Positions 60,301 through 64,000 of a DNA stretch of 64,000 bases are shown here, one piece after another; the first letter of the stretch is position 1, and each line of letters starts with the position of its first letter. The translations under genes were made by a program, and so were the position numbers. This stretch comes from the human T2T-CHM13v2.0 reference genome, Homo sapiens, in the NCBI RefSeq assembly GCF_009914755.1, contig NC_060925.1. One strand, written 5' to 3'. The notes under the pieces are model-generated. The model was not told where the DNA came from, made no database searches, and saw only the letters and a program-made list of their open reading frames with translations.

Positions 60301-61150
60301 TCATCATCAAATGGATTCGAGTGGAATCATCGAATAAAATTGATTGAAATCATCATCGAATGGAATCGAATGGTATCATTGAATGGAATCGAATGGAATC
60401 ATCATCAGATGGAAATGAAAGGAATCGTCATAGAATGGAATCGAATGGATTCATTGAATGGAATCAGATGGAATCATTGAATGGACTGGAATGGAATCAT
60501 TGAATGGACTCGAAAGGGATCATGATTGAATGGAATTGAATGGAATCATCGAATGGTCTCGATTGGAATCATTATCAAATGGAATCGAATGGAATCACCG
60601 AATAGAATCGAATGGAACAATCATCGAATGTACTCAAATGGAATTATCCTCAAATGGAATCGAATGGAATTATCGAATGCAATCGAATGGAATTATCGAA
60701 TGCAATCGAATAGAATCATCGAATGGACTCGAATGGAATCATCGAATGGAATGGAATGGAACAGTCAATGAACTCGAATGGAATCATCATTGAATGGAAA
60801 CGAATGGAATCATCGAGTGGAATCGAATGGAATTATGATCAAATGGAATCGAATGTAATCATCATCAAATGGAATCAAAAATAACCATCATCAATTGGTA
60901 TTGAATGGAATTGTCATCAAATGGAATTCAAAGGAATCATCATCAAATGGAACCGAATGGAATCCTCATTGAATGGAAATGAAAGGGGTCATCATCTAAT
61001 GGAATCGCATGGAATCATCATTAAAAGGAATCGAATGGAATCATCATCAAATGGAATCTAATGGAATCATTGAACAGAATTGAATGGAATCGTCATCGAA
61101 TGAATTGAATGCAATCATCGAATGGTCTCGAATGGAATCATCTTCTAATG
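52260..61150. repeat. Tandem duplication of 5,302 bp (three units) whose second copy lacks one 1,776-bp unit
   Basis: The offset is 5,302 for 52698 to 58000 through 54775 to 60077, then 3,526 for 56754 to 60280 and 57000 to 60526. Shared private variants include GAAAGGAAAGG, a 23-bp deletion with GGACACG, GACTACAATC, TTCGAGTGG and CATTAAAAGG. Confidence 0.85.
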
Positions 61151-64000
61151 GAAAGGAATGGAATCATCGCATAGAATCGAATGGAATTAACATTGAATGG
61201 ACTCGAATGGAATCAACATCAAATGGAATCAAGCGGAATTATCGAATGAAATCGAAGAGAATCATCGAATGGACTCGAATGGAATCATCTAATGGAATGG
61301 AATGGAATAATCCACGGACTCGAATGCAATCATCATCGTATAGAATCGAATGGAATCATCGAATGGACTCGAATGGAATAACCATTGAACGGAATCGAAT
61401 GGAATCATCATCGGATGGAAACGAATGGAATCATCATCGAATGGAAATGTAAGGAGTCATCATCTAATGGAATTGCATGGAATCATCATAAAATGGAATC
61501 GAATGGAATCATCATCAAATGGAATCAAATGGAATCATTGAACGGAATTGAATGGAATCGTCATCGAATGAATTGAATGCAATCATCGAATGGTCTCGAA
61601 TGGAATCATCTTCAAATGGAATGGAATGGAATCATCGCATAGAATCGAATGGAATTATCATCGAATGGAATCGAATGGTATCAACACCAAACGGAAAAAA
61701 ACGGAATTATCGAATGGAATCGAAGAGAATCTTCGAACGGACCCGAATGGAATCATCTAATGGAATGGAATGGAATAATCCATGGACTCGAATGCAATCA
61801 TCATCGAATGGAATCGAATGGAATCATCGAATGGACTCGAATGGAATAATCATTGAACGGAATCGAATGGAATCATCATCAGATGGAAACGAATGGAATC
61901 ATCATCGAATGGAAATGAAAGGAGTCATCATCTAATGGAATTGCATGGAATCATCATAAAATGGAATCGAATGGAATCAACATCAAATGGAATCAAATGG
62001 AATCATTGAACGGAATTGAATGGAATCGTCATCGAATGAATTGAATGCAATCATCGAATGGTCTAGAATGGAATCATCTTCAAATGGAATGGAATGGAAT
62101 CATCGCATAAAATCGAATGGAAGTATCATCGAATGGAATCGAATGGAATCAACATCAAACGGAAAAAAACGGAATTATCGAATGGAATCGAAGAGAATCA
62201 TCGAATGGACCCGAATGGAATCATCTAATGGAATGGAATGGAATAATCCATGGAACTCGAATGCAATCATCATCGAATGGAATCGAATGGAATCATCGAA
62301 TGGACTCGAATGGAATAATCCTTGAACGGAATCGAATGGAATCATCATCGGATGGAAACGAATGGAATCATCATCGAATGGAATCGAATAGATTTATGGA
62401 ATGAAATCCAGTGTGATCATCATCGAATGGACCCGAATGGAATCATCATCCAACGGAAGCTAATGGAATCAACATCGAATGAATCAAATGGAAACACCAT
62501 CGAATTGAAACGAATGGAATTACCATGAAATTGAAATGGATGGACTCATCATCAAATGGATTCGAATGGAATCATCGAATAAAATTGATTGAAATCATCA
62601 TCGATTGGAATCGAATGGTATCATTGAATGGAATCGAATGGAATCATCATCAGATGGAAATGAATGGAATCGTCATAGAATGGAATCGAATGGATTCATT
62701 GAATGGAATCAGATGGAATCATTGAATGGACTGGAATGGAATCATTGAATGGACTCGAAAGGGATCATGATTGAATGGAATTGAATGGAATCATCGAATG
62801 GTCTCGATTGGAATCATTATCAAATGGAACCGAATGGAATCACCGAATACAATCGAATGGAACAATCATCGAATGGACTCAAATGGAATTATCCTCAAAT
62901 GGAATCGAATGGAATTATCGAATGCAATCGAATGGAATTATCGAATGCAATCGAATAGAATCATCGAATGGACTCGAATGGAATCATCGAATGGAATGGA
63001 ATGGAACAGTCAATGAACTCGAATGGAATCATCATTGAATGGAATCGAATGGAATCATCGAGTGGAATCGAATGGAATTATGATCAAATGGAATCGAATG
63101 TAATCATCATCAAATGGAATCAAAATTAACCATCATCAATTGGTATTGAATGGAATTGTCATCAAATGGAATTCAAAGGAATCATCATCAAATGGAACCG
63201 AATGGAATCCTCATTGAATGGAAATGAAAGGGGTCATCATCTAATGGAATCACATGGAATCATCATCAAATGGAATTGAATGGAATCATCATCCAATGGA
63301 ATCTAATGGAATCATTGAACAGAATTGAATGGAATCGTCATGGAATGAATTGAATGCAATCATCGAATGGTCTCGAATGGAATCATCTTCTAATGGAAAG
63401 TAATGGAATCATCGCATAGAATCGAATGGAATTATCATCGAATGGAATCGAATGGTATCAACACCAAACGGAAAAAAACGGAATTATCGAATGGAATGGA
63501 AGAGAATCTTCGAACGGACCCGAATGGAATCATCTAATGGAATGGAATGGAATAATCCATGGACTCGAATGCAATCATCATCGAATGGAATCGAATGGAA
63601 TCATCGAATGGATTCGAATGGAATAATCATTGAACGGAATCGAATGGAATCATCATCAGAGGGAAACGAATGGAATCATCATCGAATGGAAATGAAAGGA
63701 GTCATCATCTAATGGAATTGCATGGAATCATCATAAAATGGAATCGAATGGAATCAACATCAAATGGAATCAAATGGAATCATTGAACGGAATTGAATGG
63801 AATCGTCATCGAATGAATTGACTGCAATCATCGAATGGTCTCGAATGGAATCATCTTCAAATGGAATGGAATGGAATCATCGCATAGAATCGAATGGAAT
63901 TATCATCGAATGGAATCGAATGGAATCAACATCAAACGGAAAAAAACGGAATTATCGTATGGAATCGAAGAGAATCATCGAATGGACCCGAATGGAATCA

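Larger units (their letters stand above)
1..64000. repeat. Classical satellite 2 (HSat2/HSATII) tandem array, pericentromeric-heterochromatin type, GAATG strand shown
   Basis: The entire window consists of diverged AATGG, AATCGAATGG, AATCATCGAATGG and AATCATCATCGAATGG monomers. The reverse complement, CATTCGATTC...CATTCGATGATG, is the established HSat2 signature (HSat3 has long pure CATTC runs instead). TCGA (TaqI) and GANTC (HinfI) sites are very dense. I saw no unique sequence and no strand switch. Confidence 0.97.

Noticed and set aside
62251-62260. Singleton 1-bp indels (~1411, ~17180, ~62254) as meaningful events
   Set aside because: Each is seen once and lies in or next to a short homopolymer, so it cannot be distinguished from consensus error without reads.
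100-63712. Hundreds of 60-163 aa ORFs (MESSSNELN..., MKLKWMDSS..., MELNGIIEW...) as a repeated protein family
   Set aside because: They are low-complexity translations of GAATGGAATC monomers (MES/NGI/EWN) that overlap in all three + frames. They are freely broken by stops and frameshifts between copies and show no recognisable domain. The + strand bias follows from abundant ATG and few stops on that strand.
1-64000. CRISPR array or other prokaryotic repeat-spacer system
   Set aside because: There are no unique spacers, no constant repeat-spacer period and no cas or other genes; the sequence between motifs is itself satellite.
1-64000. HSat3, alpha satellite/CENP-B boxes, telomeric repeats, or Alu/L1 insertions
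   Set aside because: Pure GGAAT runs are only about three copies long and ATC spacers with TCGA dominate, which is HSat2. There is no 171-bp period, TTAGGG tract, poly-A tail or non-satellite insert.

Overview
The whole 64-kb window is one uninterrupted, single-orientation array of primate (most likely human) classical satellite 2 (HSat2/HSATII), read on the GAATG strand. It is built from 5/10/13/16-bp monomers of the form AAT(CAT)0-2CGAATGG. I find no genes, RNA genes, transposons or CRISPR arrays, and the ORF track is an artefact of the repeat. The 1,776-bp period with one EcoRI site per unit suggests the chromosome 1q12-type (D1Z1/pUC1.77-like, HSat2A) array; this assignment is inferred, not searched. 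The structure worth attention is higher-order. Every unit is an 840-bp core plus 1, 2 or 3 copies of a 468-bp module (1,308/1,776/2,244 bp). Layered on this are nested multi-kb duplications (offsets 4,483, 5,129, 5,302, 13,487 and 14,783 bp), whole-unit and whole-module deletions, and a 1,126-bp microhomology-flanked deletion present three times. I see no evidence for a novel protein-coding or defence system; what is here is a detailed record of satellite evolution.
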